From: Hydrolagus affinis
Taxonomy: Eukaryota
Reading direction: 5' to 3'
NCBI GenBank assembly: GCA_012026655.1
Contig: JAAILG010001088.1
Coordinates: 1-64,000 of the forward strand
DNA: 64,000 nucleotides
Shown: piece after piece, positions 23,317 through 36,423 of the stretch
Layout: each line of letters opens with the position of its first letter
How positions within the stretch are numbered: the first letter of the stretch is position 1
Program-made: the position numbers and the translations under genes
Notes under the pieces: model-generated
Database searches by the model: none
Told to the model about the DNA's origin: nothing
The model's input: only the letters and a program-made list of their open reading frames with translations

Positions 23317-24417
23317 CAACCACTTAGCTGCCGTGATGCTTCATGAAGAGAATGGTATATGCAGAGATCAGGAGTCTAAAAGGACAAACAGAACTCTTTA
23401 TCAACTCCCAACTGCTTCTGACAAAAGCAAATATTGCTCCCGAGACTTTATAGCAATAGGATTCCAAGTGACATCTTCAGAGTTAAAGAATGGGGTCATT
23501 TTTAAATGCTTTTCCTAGCCAGGTACAGGCCCCGTGTAACTAGGCCTCACACAGAGTTCTTGTTCCATAATATCTTGGAGAAGCAACTGAATTCAATGAA
23601 CTGTGGGCCACCATAGTGTTACAGAAACAATTCTGAGTTTTTCGTCTAGTGGACTAAAGATGAAGAAATGAACATGTAATTCTATTCCTGTAACTCAAAG
23701 AAACCATCCTTTCTCCACAATTCCGTTGGGTTCATTAGGACTGAACAACAGTCAAACGTTGAATTTCCGAAACGCAGATTGCTTGCCTCCCACTGGAAAA
23801 GGGAGGCGAGCACAGCTTGATTCACAGCTTAATGGTTACAATTCGGGGGGAGAGCACTTCTTACATTGAAAGGTTTCTGAGGTGCTGTGAATGCCTACGT
23901 GTGGTTGATGCTCTCAAACCTGCACTGCGGTGACCAATGCGTCACCTGAACATAGGATTGACCAGTTGAACTTATGTTGAGAGGAAACCCACAGCAATTC
24001 CAGGAAGAGTTTGATGGCATTTGACCCACTCCCTACGCAGAGAAGCCTTTCTGAGAATTTTCATTTCAGGATTGCCTTGAGAATAATCTTTGAAAACATA
24101 TCGGAAAACAACAACAACTTGCACTTATATAGCGCCTTTCATGACTCAAGTATTCAGACCAATATTTAGGACATTGGAAGTTTATAGCAAAGGACATTTG
24201 GTTCATCGTGTCCACGCTGGTCCTAGTTCCCCCACTGGAGTTATGTATGTACTGTAATTTCTTTCTCCTCTGCCCCTCCTCACATTTATATTTTTTCTCT
24301 CAAGTATTTATCCAATTCCCTTCCATTCAACTATTTGTGGTAAAACCCTCTGTGATTAAAATAAAATCTACTCCCTCTTTTCTCTTCTGGTGATGATCCT
24401 CAATTTACACTTTATAT

Positions 24418-24723
24418 AATAATAAATAATCCTTGCATTTGATATGGCGCTTTTCACCTCTTCTAAACGTCACAAAGCGCTTCACAGAATATACTGTGAA
24501 GTGAATTGACTATATTTGTGGGTGAAATGTGGCAGCCAATTGCGCACGGTAGCGTCCCACAAACAGTTGTGGATTGAATTTATTATTGTTTTTGTTTTCT
24601 TGAAGGATTATTACCAGGTGTGCGGAGTAAGGAAACTTCCGCAAGATTTCACTGTGCTGGGAATCCAACCCAGGTCTCTCACTTGCAAGGCGAGTGCTCT
24701 AACCACTGAACTACAGGACTCCA
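24418..24723 (-). mobile_element. tRNA-derived SINE, antisense within the probable THSD4 3' UTR
   Basis: AATAATCCTTGCATTTG...CTACAGGACTCCAC. Confidence 0.9.
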
Positions 24724-27700
24724 CCTTCTTATCACTGATTTGTCAATAAGTGGAGTTTGTTTATCTCATCAAAACCATTGCAACCCTCTGAAAACACCCA
24801 GCTTGCAGGAACGTGCATCTTGATCACAGCTTCACTAGCATTAATGCGTGAAGGTCTTTTTTCTTTAGATGCCGATGGGATACCTTTCTCCTGAGTTCTC
24901 AGTTTCTTACCCATTTACAGAACACCCGAACATAGAACTATGCAGGTCAATGAAGTTTCAGGCTAGAAAGTAGAAACAGTGACACAAACATAACTGAAAC
25001 AAACTTCTGCTGTGAACCACCTTGTGTGTTTTTTTTAGAAAAGGTGAAAAATTCATATCTGAAGAGTCAATGAGAAATTGTGAAACAAGCCAAAAGACTG
25101 TACCAAATCGAGGATAATTCAAACCATTGATGAATCATTCTTCCATAGTCCTTAGGCGCATTCCAGTGAATCTATGGAGTACTTTTCATTGCTACTTTCT
25201 ATAGTGGGGTGTCCAAAATTGCATGATCCACCAGCACTCAATATACAAATTCAACATCACCTCAGTGCTTTGGATGGCTTTGGCTTTCTTGGCATAATCA
25301 TATGCTATGGCAGTATACTACACATTCCTACTACTCTTCCTGAAAAAATTCTTTCTTGCCTTGGTTCTACCCCTTCCTATCCCAAATTTAAGATCATGTC
25401 CCCTATTAATTGTTTCTTCCATGGGGAGAGATGGGATGTAATTTAGTATTTTGTTGAACCCCCTCAATCGAAATCACACTTCAACTTCCATGACAAATTT
25501 AATGCTGGCTCTCTGATCAACTTGGATCTGCTCACCTACTATCTGAAGAATGCTTAATTTGGCCTGTATTGACAGGGATCATTTAAACTTTTTTTTTGAA
25601 TAAAGGTACAACATTTCACTACCCTCCAGTTCTTTGATATTAGTCGTGAATACCAGAGAGCACTGGAGGATTGCAGCTAACAGGAATGAAGTAACCTGTT
25701 TTTCAATTATATAGTGGAAGCCATTGAGCTTATGTCCCGCCCGCTATCTCTGGTGTCATGTTGAATTGACTAGACAAATAGTGGGCGACTCTTCCCTCTG
25801 GTGGAGGGAGAGATCCAATCTGAAAGGACATCATTGTAAAAATGGAAACTAAAGCAATTTGAATTCTGATTAGAAAACATCAGAGCTGTGAAAATGTGGA
25901 GTCTGTCTAGTGAAGGCTAAACTGGCCAAATTAATTGGAATATCTATAAAGTAGATAGATGGATACTTTGGAAGTAAGGGTGTTAAGGGATGTAGAGAAA
26001 ATACAGGAACATGAGATGCCAATATCTGCCATGATCTACTTGACTTATCTGTTCCTAAGCGAATTTACGATTTTCTTTAGCTTCAGTAAACCCTACTCTT
26101 TCCTGCACCAATGTTGTACTATTTTGTTTTTCCTCCCATGAAAACCAAAGCCAGGTTTGCTTTTCTGTTTTTTGGCCAAAACGGCATCCTCCGTTATTGT
26201 CTCATCCTTGTGCGTTTTTAATGATCCCATTTTCTTTTTTTACAACCTTTTTTTTACAGTGAATTCAGCAGTATTGGTCACATTCATTCATTGCTTTACT
26301 TTCACTTTAATATTGTTGTAAAGTGTAATTGCCTCTGTGAGTTTACTACTCTATGCTTAATGCTATACATCACATAGCAATCAGAAATCAGCATTCACAT
26401 GACACGCTTATTTTGCCGGCATTAAATCATTACATTCTGAAAAAATCTCTTTGCTGAGTGTCATTGGCACATAATCAAGCCACATGACCCATCAAGCCTG
26501 CACTGGTCATTTTTTCCACATCACTCCTGCAATCCAAAAATTAAAAGTTTCTCCTTTGTCAGCAATTCCCTCTAACTTCTACATGATTCCCTTTTGCGTC
26601 TTCTGTGCTATCAGTCAACATCTTTGGGCAAATTGTAACTTAATTTCTTTGCATTGGTATTGAGAGTTACCAGTACTTATTGAAGGCAAAGTTGCGAGGG
26701 TGAAAGAGTCAAATTATGTAAATTGTGCCTGAAAATATACAGGTCGGGAAATGTTAGGGATTGTATTCAAATATTTAATATTGGTAATCCCTCGAACGTA
26801 TTCACCAAAAATGATTGAATTACAAGCTTGCTGTGTCAATGAACTGAAATGTGTTAGCCTCCCTTTGCCTAAAGTAAAGGTTTCATAAGGCGTTGCTCGT
26901 GGAACTCCAGGCTCTGTGTGGATCCGATACTTAGAGGTTCAACCACAATGTCCCAGCTAAGCAAAGTCCAAGTTAACATCAACCTCCAATGTGATTAACA
27001 ATCTCACCAAGGAAAATATGATGTGTAATAAGATTGAAAGTGTGGTATTTCGGCTTTGTATTAAGGAATCCCTTGAGAAGCCCTGTCGAGTGATGGGATC
27101 ATCCCTCTCAAAGCGGATCACGTGGAGTAAAATTCCCAGGAGTTGACATGTCCAAATTCAGATTGTTGGAAGGGCATCTCATTGCTGTAACTTGGGATTC
27201 CTTTTTAAGAAATAGAAATGGCGCATGTTAGACACCACTTAATGTGCGTTCTCTGCACCAGTAAATTTACACTTTGTAATGGATCTCCACACATATAGTT
27301 CAGGAGATATTTACCCAGTGATCAACTGCTTAAGAAAAATCAAATACATATCCAGCAAATGTTATTCTTTTTTAAATATTGCTGCATCAACGCCATTCAA
27401 TATCTGGTCCATCTTCCAGTATTCATGACATTGTCAATACTGTTGAAGGAACTACTTTGTTAGCCATAACTTATTTGTTATATTGTATGTAAATACAAGT
27501 TGTTTACAGTTTATAGTTGTTCAAGAAATATCTGTAATATTTCTGTTGCATAATCCATTCTATTATGATGTTTAACTATTTTTTACACTTAGAATTCTCA
27601 ATTTTTTTCATACAAAGGGACAAGGCAAAAGTTGTCTTATTTATTTACAGTAACTGATCAAGCGTTGCTTCATAGTTCTGTCAATGTAGCTCATTTTGAG

Positions 27701-27931
27701 ATGGTACATATGACATTATGTAAATTTCAATTTACAGCTGATACTAAAACTGTGTAGACCAAACCTATGGCAGGATCTTAGTGTCAATGTAAACTAAATC
27801 TTTATTAAACCTGCGCAGGTCTTTGTAATGACTGAGCAGTCTGTACAGCAACTTCTATATTGTACACATTTCCCTGAAGGAATATTTTAAACTATTTTGT
27901 TTACAACTAATTTATTTTTTACGATTTTGAA

Positions 27932-27937
27932 AATAAA
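27932..27937 (+). terminator. Polyadenylation signal AATAAA (probable distal THSD4 site)
   Basis: AATAAA with U-rich and TGTA elements upstream and a GU/U-rich element downstream (tctgtcttgtgcagcttttttttgtgttg, ~27982-28010). Confidence 0.6.
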
Positions 27938-29000
27938 CTAATGGAAAAAAATTAACCTGGAAATATAGAAGTTACTTTCTCTCTGTCTTGTGCAGCTTTT
28001 TTTTGTGTTGAATTGGCAGAAAACCACAGATGTGGTATTAACATCAAATTAGCAGCTACGTTTGTTGTTGTTGATGCTGATTCCCCAGAGCATTGGACGG
28101 TTATGCCCTCTTCTACTGAATACTTAACTCATTCCTTGATACTTTGAGGTTGAACTTCTGTAGCCTTCCCAGTTCTGACCTCTACAATTTCCAACAAAAC
28201 TTCACATCCTGCATTCTCTCCATACCAGCCTCTGCATAGCCAACCTCTCTATCCTTACTTCATGAACTCCACTGGTTCTCAGTACTTCAGGGACAATCTC
28301 TGAGTCACTGGACAATGCTGTAGTTACAGTCTCTGAGTATATCCTCCTTCGTGCTAGGGGTCTTCTTGATTGTGGTTGTGTAATAATTACACTCTTGTAT
28401 CATGCTCCACTCCCCCTTCCTATGAAGAGGTGGTAGTTGGGACTGATCCCTTGTAAGGGATCCCCAATCAAGAAGACTCCAACCACAAAGGAGGCTGTAA
28501 CAATGTTCATCCAGAATGCTCATCAGCTGAAACTCTCCTTTGGGCTTCCCAAATACTGCACTGAGTCTCCTGGCTAGTCACCGTGTAAAAGTCTAAATCT
28601 GAGGATTGCTTAGACACTTGCTCTTTTAAAAAATTGCTGGAGTCCTTTTATCGTAACAAACTAGAGCTTGGTGTGTTGGGGGCAACCTCACAGACTGACT
28701 CGAGTCCTAAACGTAATTATCAACAAGAGTTAAGTGTATGATCTGGTTGGTGCTAATTATCAGCCATGATGTGTGTTATTAGGAGGAACTGAATTGGAAA
28801 TTGTTTGGCCCAAAATATCTTGGCTTTGTTGGTTTGAGCGCCAGCAGGTGGTGCTGGTGTAAACTGCTCAACCAAATTAACTGTTTTCAATGAGCACATA
28901 AATAATACAACAGAGAGAAGCCACAATGTCTAATGAAAGTGTGCAACAATAACCACCAATAATAGCAAGTACTGTATAATAAATAGTACCTAATACGTAG

Positions 29001-29627
29001 CAACAACAACAACAAAATTACATTTGTATAGTGCCTTTCACGTCAGGAGGACATCCCAAGGCGCTGGACAGTTATTGATTCAGACCTGAGCTGAGTGTGG
29101 GTTGGTGGGGTGGGTGAGGAGTTGCCGATGGGTCTATCGAAGAGGAGAGTCTTGAGCAAGACTTGAAGGAGGCTAGGGAGGGGGCAAGGCGGAGGGACTT
29201 CAGGATAGAATTCCAGAGGTAGGGGGCAGAGTGGCTGAAGGCTTGCCTGCTAATGGTTGGGTGGGTGGGTCAGGGGACGTGGAGCAGGCCAGAGCCTGCT
29301 GAACAGAAGGGGTGGGCAGGTTGGTAAGGGGATAGGAGGTCACGGATGTAGGGTGGGGCGAGATTGTGGAGGGCTTTAAATGTGATGAACAGGATCTTGA
29401 ATTGGATCCTCTGGATGATGGGGAGCTAATGGAGTCGGGCAAGGATGGGGGAGATGGGATCATGGAGTTTGGAATGGTAGAGGACACGGGATGCAGAGTT
29501 GCGGATTATCTGCAGCCTATGGAGGGAGGAATTGGGAAGGCTGACCAGCAAGGCATTTGCATAATCGAGCTGGGCTGTAGTGTATTGAAGGCGTGGATGA
29601 GGGTTTCACCGGCTTTAAGGGTGAGGT
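29001..29627 (-). mobile_element. L2-clade LINE 3' end (second family)
   Basis: (CAA)n tail followed by the reverse complement of the L2 ORF2 C-terminus; purine-rich on +. Confidence 0.88.
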
Positions 29628-31035
29628 AATGGTGGAGTTGTGAAATGTTGTGGAGTGTTCTCCTGTTCCAGAACACTGTTCCAGTGAGCCACAGACAATA
29701 TGCCCTAGAGCGACCATTAAAATTAAAATGTGATTGTCCTTCCCCACGATCATGGTAACGCCAAGGATTGGTCAATCTCAGAGAGGAAACAGAGAGCAAA
29801 GCTGTCGAAAGAGGTATTTTCCATCTTTGAAGCTCCAGGGCTGACTTGTTCCAGGGTTTCATAAGGAGCATTGGACAGGTAGAGAAAACAGGAGAACCAT
29901 AATGTAGATTCTGTTAAGCTTTTTCACCTTGTACTGAACAGTAGAACCAAAGGCCTGTGATTGAACGGGGGTAAATTCAGAAGAAATCTGAGCGAGTGGT
30001 AAATATGGGGGATTGGTCCTCCCTAATGACACAGAGAGATGGTGGAAGCAGAAATGTTGATTCTTCTAATAACAAATTAGATAGCTTTCTGTTAGGAAAT
30101 GATATCTCAGGAGACAGAATATAGTTTGGGACATGGCATTTACATTCGACTGCCAGGATAGTGAAAGGTGAACTGAATGGACTTAGGTTTTTCGCCTGGC
30201 AAATTCTTATCTTCTTTTATGCAAGGCATAAGTAATATAAATATCACTGTTATTTATGCATGAAGCAGGGCAGCCAATTGTGCCCAGCATTGTCCCACAA
30301 ACAGTGGTGGATTGAGTGACCAAATTATTTTTTAAAAGGGATTATCACCACTGGAAAGTCATCCGCCAATCAACTAACAACTGGGTTCCTACTTAATGCT
30401 GGGTACAAATACGTGGTAAGTAAGATAAGATAAGATCAATGAGGTTTTTGTTCACTTTCCCACAAATTCCCAACATCTGTCACATCCCAGAAACAAAACA
30501 AAAATTGCTCCAAGGAACGAAGTCCTCTGTTTAGGTGTTTGTTTTCTGGCCAAATCACTGAATGCAATGAACTACAAGCCGCAGTCACTCCACTACAGAT
30601 CAGGCGACCCACACTAGCAAGCTCGGTTCAACTCATTGTCGATGCCACCTGTCCACCATGGGATGAACTGCATTCAATACAAAAGTGAGTTTGTTGCAAA
30701 ATGCAACAAAACTGCTTCCATTTAGAATAAATGCAAGAATTGCAAGAATATAACATACAACATCATAACAGTTATGTGGCTATCTCTGACACTCAGCAAC
30801 GTGCGGCTTCTGAGGAAATGTACACAGATCCCAAATGTACACAGATCCTTGACCTCAATAAGGAGTTGGGAAATTGAGATTATGTATCGAGATACATTTA
30901 AAAACCGGGTCACTCTTCTGTAATGCAAAGTTTCTGACACTAGATGGTGCTTTTGAGGTATGTAATTACAACACCACCCATTTGTAATCAAAGTTTTAAA
31001 ATACTACTAGTTTGAGATTCCCCTTGGGTCTAGTT

Positions 31036-31420
31036 TAGTGTCCGGCGATATATCAATATATCGGTTATATCGGTATAATTTTTCATATCAATATGCCGAT
31101 ATTGGAAATTTGAATATATCGGTAGATCGAAAAATTCGGTATAAAAAAAATCGGTATATCGCAAAACATCGGTATATAGTGTCCGCCGATATATCGATAT
31201 ATCGGTTATATCATTATAATACAAACTTTTTCAATATACCTTGTCACCGGCATTGCAAACCTCCTGGGCGTAGAGCATGCATATCGGAATGTGCGTGCAC
31301 ACCCGAAGGCGCGCGCACATCCGAATGCGCGCGTATACACAGGATAAAAAAACCTGGTGATATCGATATATCGGTATATATCGATATGAGCCCAGCCCAC
31401 CGATATATCACTGGACACTA
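31036..31420. mobile_element. Non-autonomous hAT-superfamily DNA transposon (MITE), 385 bp
   Basis: TIRs TAGTGTCCGGCGATATATC / GATATATCACTGGACACTA; exact 8-bp TSD GTCTAGTT at 31028-31035 and 31421-31428; many subterminal CGATATATCG/ATCGGTAT repeats. Confidence 0.92.
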
Positions 31421-33458
31421 GTCTAGTTTAACTCAAAGCATCAGTTTAGAGAGTCCAGAATTTGGGAAATTTTTGAATTCAGTCTTAACTATGAAACCAA
31501 TTTTCTCAAAGCCAGCTTCAAAATGATATTTAACAATCCTTGCATTTAATGTAGCGCATTATCACATCGAGACATTTCAAAGTGCTTCACAGAATATTCT
31601 GTAAAGTGACGTGACTATTTTCTAACTGGATGCGGCAGCCAATTTGTGTCCGAGTCTTTCAAGAGGAGATCAGACAGATTTATTTAGGAAATAATATCTT
31701 TGCATACAGTAAGTAGTTTGGGGGCCACACATGTGCATGAAACTGCCAGGATGGTGGAAGGTGAATTGAATGGACATTGAACTTCTTTCATCCAGCAATT
31801 CTTATGTTATTATGTCCAATGTCCCATAATTTATTCGGTGATTTGGCTGTCCTCTCTTGTATGAGAGGATTTTTAACATCTACCTGGACAGGCAGACTGT
31901 AAGTCGGTTTAACGTAAGGACGGCATGTCCAACCGTGTAGCAATACCAGCATTGCATTGGAATATCAACATAGACTCTATGAATTCCAAAAGCTTAAATC
32001 CACATCAATAGAATAAATCTGATCCCAGGTGAAATTTCTTCCCATAGATTTTCCAATTTACCTCAGTCACCTTTCTAACATTGCCAACTCATAGCTCAGT
32101 AAGCAAATAAACAAAATCAATGTCAATTTGCTACGTGAAAAAGAGAGGAAAGCTGCCACATTATCTCGTCTAAAGGGTATGTGATGAGATAACTGATTTT
32201 TTTATTGTGCAATAAAATGTTTTCGAGTTCTCAAGTGAGTCAGAAGGGTGTATTGGCCACTGTCCCTCAAATAAAAATTGGCCATTCACTTTACAGTTGA
32301 CCTATTGCACCAATCGGCTGTCGTATTTCCCTCCAAACATATTGACAACACCTCATAATAAAATCAATGTGCAACACTTTCCATTGTTTTCAGCTGCTAT
32401 TTCCAAAGTAAGGATTAATATTGTATGGTTTTCAAATTCACTCAATATACAGAGTACTTTTTACTTGCTTTTACCTTCAAAATACGTAGTCATTGTGGCA
32501 TAGTGCTCCCACTGGATTCTAAATCATAAGCTTCTACACTGATTCTAAATCATAAGATTTAATTTTGCCCACAAATACACAGTCAATTCACTTTACAGCG
32601 TATTCTGTAAAGTGCTTTGAGACGTCGCAAAGACATAATAAAGCGCTATATCAAATGCAAGGATTATTTTTATTATAAGCACTCGGAGACCTACTCAGTG
32701 TGATAACTTTTTATAAATGCAAATTTTTATTGTAACTTTGTACCATGCAGTCCTATAATAATAATCCTTCGAGTTGGTATTCTGCCTTTCATGTTGGTAG
32801 GCTGTCTCACAGTGCTTCACAGGGTGTAATGTTATGTGGAGCGACTTTGTTTCGTGTGTGCAATGTGGTAGCCATTTTGTGAACAGCAATGCCCCACAAA
32901 CATCCACAAAGTGAAGCCATATAGCTGACCCGAAGGATTAAGGACATTGGTGCATAAAAGTGGAAATTTCTCCCAAACTGGAGACGAATAGAAAAAAAAA
33001 CCGAAGGAGAAAATGTAAATGAATGAATTAATCTTATGTGGTTACGAAATGATCCACAGACTCAATAAATCTTCACATTGACTGTGCGTGTACTCTTTGA
33101 TTAGGAAATAACATTGATCTACTATAAATAATGTAATGCAATTCTTCCTGGAACTCTATCTACGCCTATTTTTTCTTGTATTGACAGGATTGATTTGTAT
33201 TAGAAAAACATTATGGTGAGACTATTGTTTCCCAAGAACTTGACCTATTCTCTCTGATTATCATCAGCCTTGTTTCCGCCTCACCTCTTGCAGTTATTAA
33301 TTTCCTTGTGGAGCTAAAATACGATGTGTGCAAGGTGAGGTAGTGCGAATGTCAAAATGGTCAAGCTGGATTCAAGAAAAAGCAAAGAATTGATAACACA
33401 GTAACAATCTTTGCATTTGAAATATCTTAAAACTCTTCTGATCTCTTTATACCTCTGT

Positions 33459-33558
33459 NNNNNNNNNNNNNNNNNNNNNNNNNNNNNNNNNNNNNNNNNN
33501 NNNNNNNNNNNNNNNNNNNNNNNNNNNNNNNNNNNNNNNNNNNNNNNNNNNNNNNNNN
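33459..33558. other. Assembly gap (100 N)
   Basis: Run of n. Confidence 1.
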
Positions 33559-33830
33559 TTCGAATCCAGGCAGGTCAGGGCGAAACCTTGGGCAAGTTTC
33601 CTTACTCCACACGCCTAATAATAATCCCTCCAAAAAAAACCACAATAATATAATTGGTCATTTCAATCCACGACTGTTTGTGGGACACTGCTGTGCGCAA
33701 TTGGCTGCCGCGATTCACCCACAAATATACACAGTCAATTCACTTTACAGTATATTCTGTGAAGCGCTTTGAGACGTCGATAAGATGTGAAAAGCGCTAT
33801 ATCAAATGCAAGGATTATTATTATTATTAT
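33559..33830 (+). mobile_element. Young tRNA-derived SINE, head cut by an assembly gap
   Basis: TTCGAATCCAGGCAGGTCAGGGCGAAACC...GGATTATTATTATTATT. Confidence 0.9.
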
Positions 33831-36423
33831 CTTGACTGTTTGAAGGTGAACGCAGCGGGCAATTGGTGTACATCAATGTCCTATGTAATGAATGGTCTAT
33901 TTTTTTTTATTTGGGTGACCATTGGTCAGAAAACGGAGAAACCTGCTGCTGTTTTCAAACAGTGTCTTGCGTTCTTTTGCGTCCGCAATTTGGTTCAACG
34001 TTTCATCTGAAGGACAGCACCTCATTCCGCTAGCACTGAATTGGAGTGTCAGCCTAAACTGCAAACTCAAAATCATTACCTGGGGCTGGGATCTGTCACT
34101 CTCCAGCCCAGAGTCAAGAGTGCTACCAACTGAGCTGTTAACTGTATTGGACATTCAACATTTGCCCTACAAAGTAGATTTGTAGTGTAATTAAACAAAT
34201 CTTTCCCAACGACGAATGGAAAAAAAGGTAGTTCTTATGGGAATACTGAGATTAATTCTGGAAAAAGAACATGAGCAAAGAATGGATTGTGAGATGTTTC
34301 AAAGAGAGGCATTGTTCAAACGAATAATTTATCTGGCTGTCTCTGACCCAAGGTTAGTAAGGTTTGACTGTTGACACTAACTCATCTTCCCTTAAAGTAA
34401 CTACTTTTGTCTTTTAGCAAGTGCTCCACTGTATGTAAAGTCTGACAGTGATCCATCATAGGCCAAGTAATTAGCAGAAATTCCAGTCAGGGGAAAATCA
34501 TGAATGAAGTGTATTCATTTCACAGATCTCCTGTGTGCATCAAGCAATGAGCGGAACACACACCGCCAATGAACGCTTCACCTTTGGTAAAGACTTGCTT
34601 TCTCCAGTCACGTCAGTAAGTGTATGTGCAGTCAAATATTTTGCTATGTATGTTAATCAAAGAATTTCCAGCATCTGACCTGCACTATTTCTGCGTACGT
34701 TGCACAAACAAAGTGGACATTGTCATAGCTCAAAGTAGGCTAATTATTTTATTTCCCTTGAAATCCAAACATCACGTTGTTTAATAGTTGTAGCCCAAAT
34801 TAAAGACTAATGGACAGTAAATATACATATCTTTACTATCTGCTTTGGCACAGAAAGTGTATACTTCTTTACTCTGCTAGGAACTTACAACAGCTGTGTG
34901 TCTTTCTCTCTGTTTACCTTTGAATCCCATTGATCCGCAATTTCTGATACAAGCCATTTGACATTGTATCAGCCCTCTGGGATTTCTGATCACCCAAAAT
35001 GCCAACCTATCTGTCCATTTAATACTAATATTTCATATAAAGCTAATTATATCAAAACACATCTGAACATATAACAGGTCATTGCTGTCAAGTGTGGTGA
35101 CTACTACATTTATAGTAAAAAACAACAGGTCAAGTTACCCAACAATGAATGATTTATCTGGAGAATTGTTGGCCGGGACAATGGGAGAAATTTCCTTCTC
35201 TTTTCAAGGAGTGCATTGGGATGTTTATTGTTTATCGAAACAGACAGGAGGAAACTCCGTTTAATAGCTCAACTAAAGGATTATATTTTCGACAATATGG
35301 GCTGTACTAAAAGTCGTGACTTAGGACGCAAACCAAAAAACTCTTAAGCTCATGAGACCTACTGAGCCAAGCTGAGAGCTCTTTTTTCAGATTTCCAATA
35401 TGCACAATCTTGCTTTTTATCTCTGTCCTGAGCGTAACTTTCCCTAGACTTTGGAGGAACGAAAAGGGTTAAGCTCTCCAACACTTTCTTTGATCAGTGG
35501 AGAAATTCACAAATGAACCAAGCCCCAAAAAACACACACCATCGTATGTCAAACACAAAGATACATTTGAGAAAAGGAGGAAATAGATACTTGGAGATTG
35601 GACTGTGATTTGGATAATCAAATCAAAATTTGCTTAAATAAAGAATGGGGGTATTGTTCTCTTTTCTTAAGAAATGCTACCAACTGTGGCAGTGTTTGCT
35701 GAAGCAAACTTACTGAAAGCAGTAATGATTGATGCTGATCGTCTTTTGTGTACAAAATAATAATGTAGAATTGTATGAACAATGAACAGTCGTTCTTTAA
35801 TACAGTCTCAACATTTTAGCATTAGTGATGGATTGCCAACAAATAAACAGTGTGTTAGATTTATTGCTGAATGGTATGTTGTCCCTTCTTATTACTTATG
35901 TTCAGAATATACCCAGACCTTGTTAAAAGTCTTGATGATCATTGCAAAATATTTGTGTGTGTGTGTGTGCGCGGGGGAGAGCAAAAACCTCTTCAAATGA
36001 GGGGGGGCAGGAGAAAGAATGAAAGAGAAAGAAACACTTTTGGAACACACGACATATATGACCCAGAATAAGTGGTCTTCAATATGACTGTGTACGACAA
36101 TTAAATGATTTAAATAAATTTCCTTGAAAGCAAGGAAAAATGAGTCAATGTTTTGGAACCCTTTGTCAGAACCAATGTACACATTGAAAAGTCCCACAAA
36201 CAGCTATGAAGTGAATGATAATAATAATAATCCTTGCATTTGATATAGAGCTTTTCACGTCTTCTAGACATCTCAAAGGTTCACAGAATATACTGTAACA
36301 TGAATTGACTGTATATTTGTGGGCGAAATGCGGTAGTCAACTACACACAGCAGTGTCCCACAAACAGTCATGGAGTGAGTAACCAAATTATTATTGATTT
36401 TTTTCTTGAGGGAAAATTGTCAG

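Larger units (their letters stand above)
23317..27960 (+). other. THSD4: Probable long 3' UTR of THSD4
   Basis: Follows the stop codon. The distal 27400-27940 is AU-rich and repeat-free, with several TGTA motifs and TGTAAATA at 27488, and ends at AATAAA. The exact end is inferred. Confidence 0.55.

Noticed and set aside
31036-31420. CRISPR-like or satellite reading of the ATATCG repeats
   Set aside because: No constant repeat-spacer period; TIRs and the 8-bp TSD explain it as a hAT MITE.
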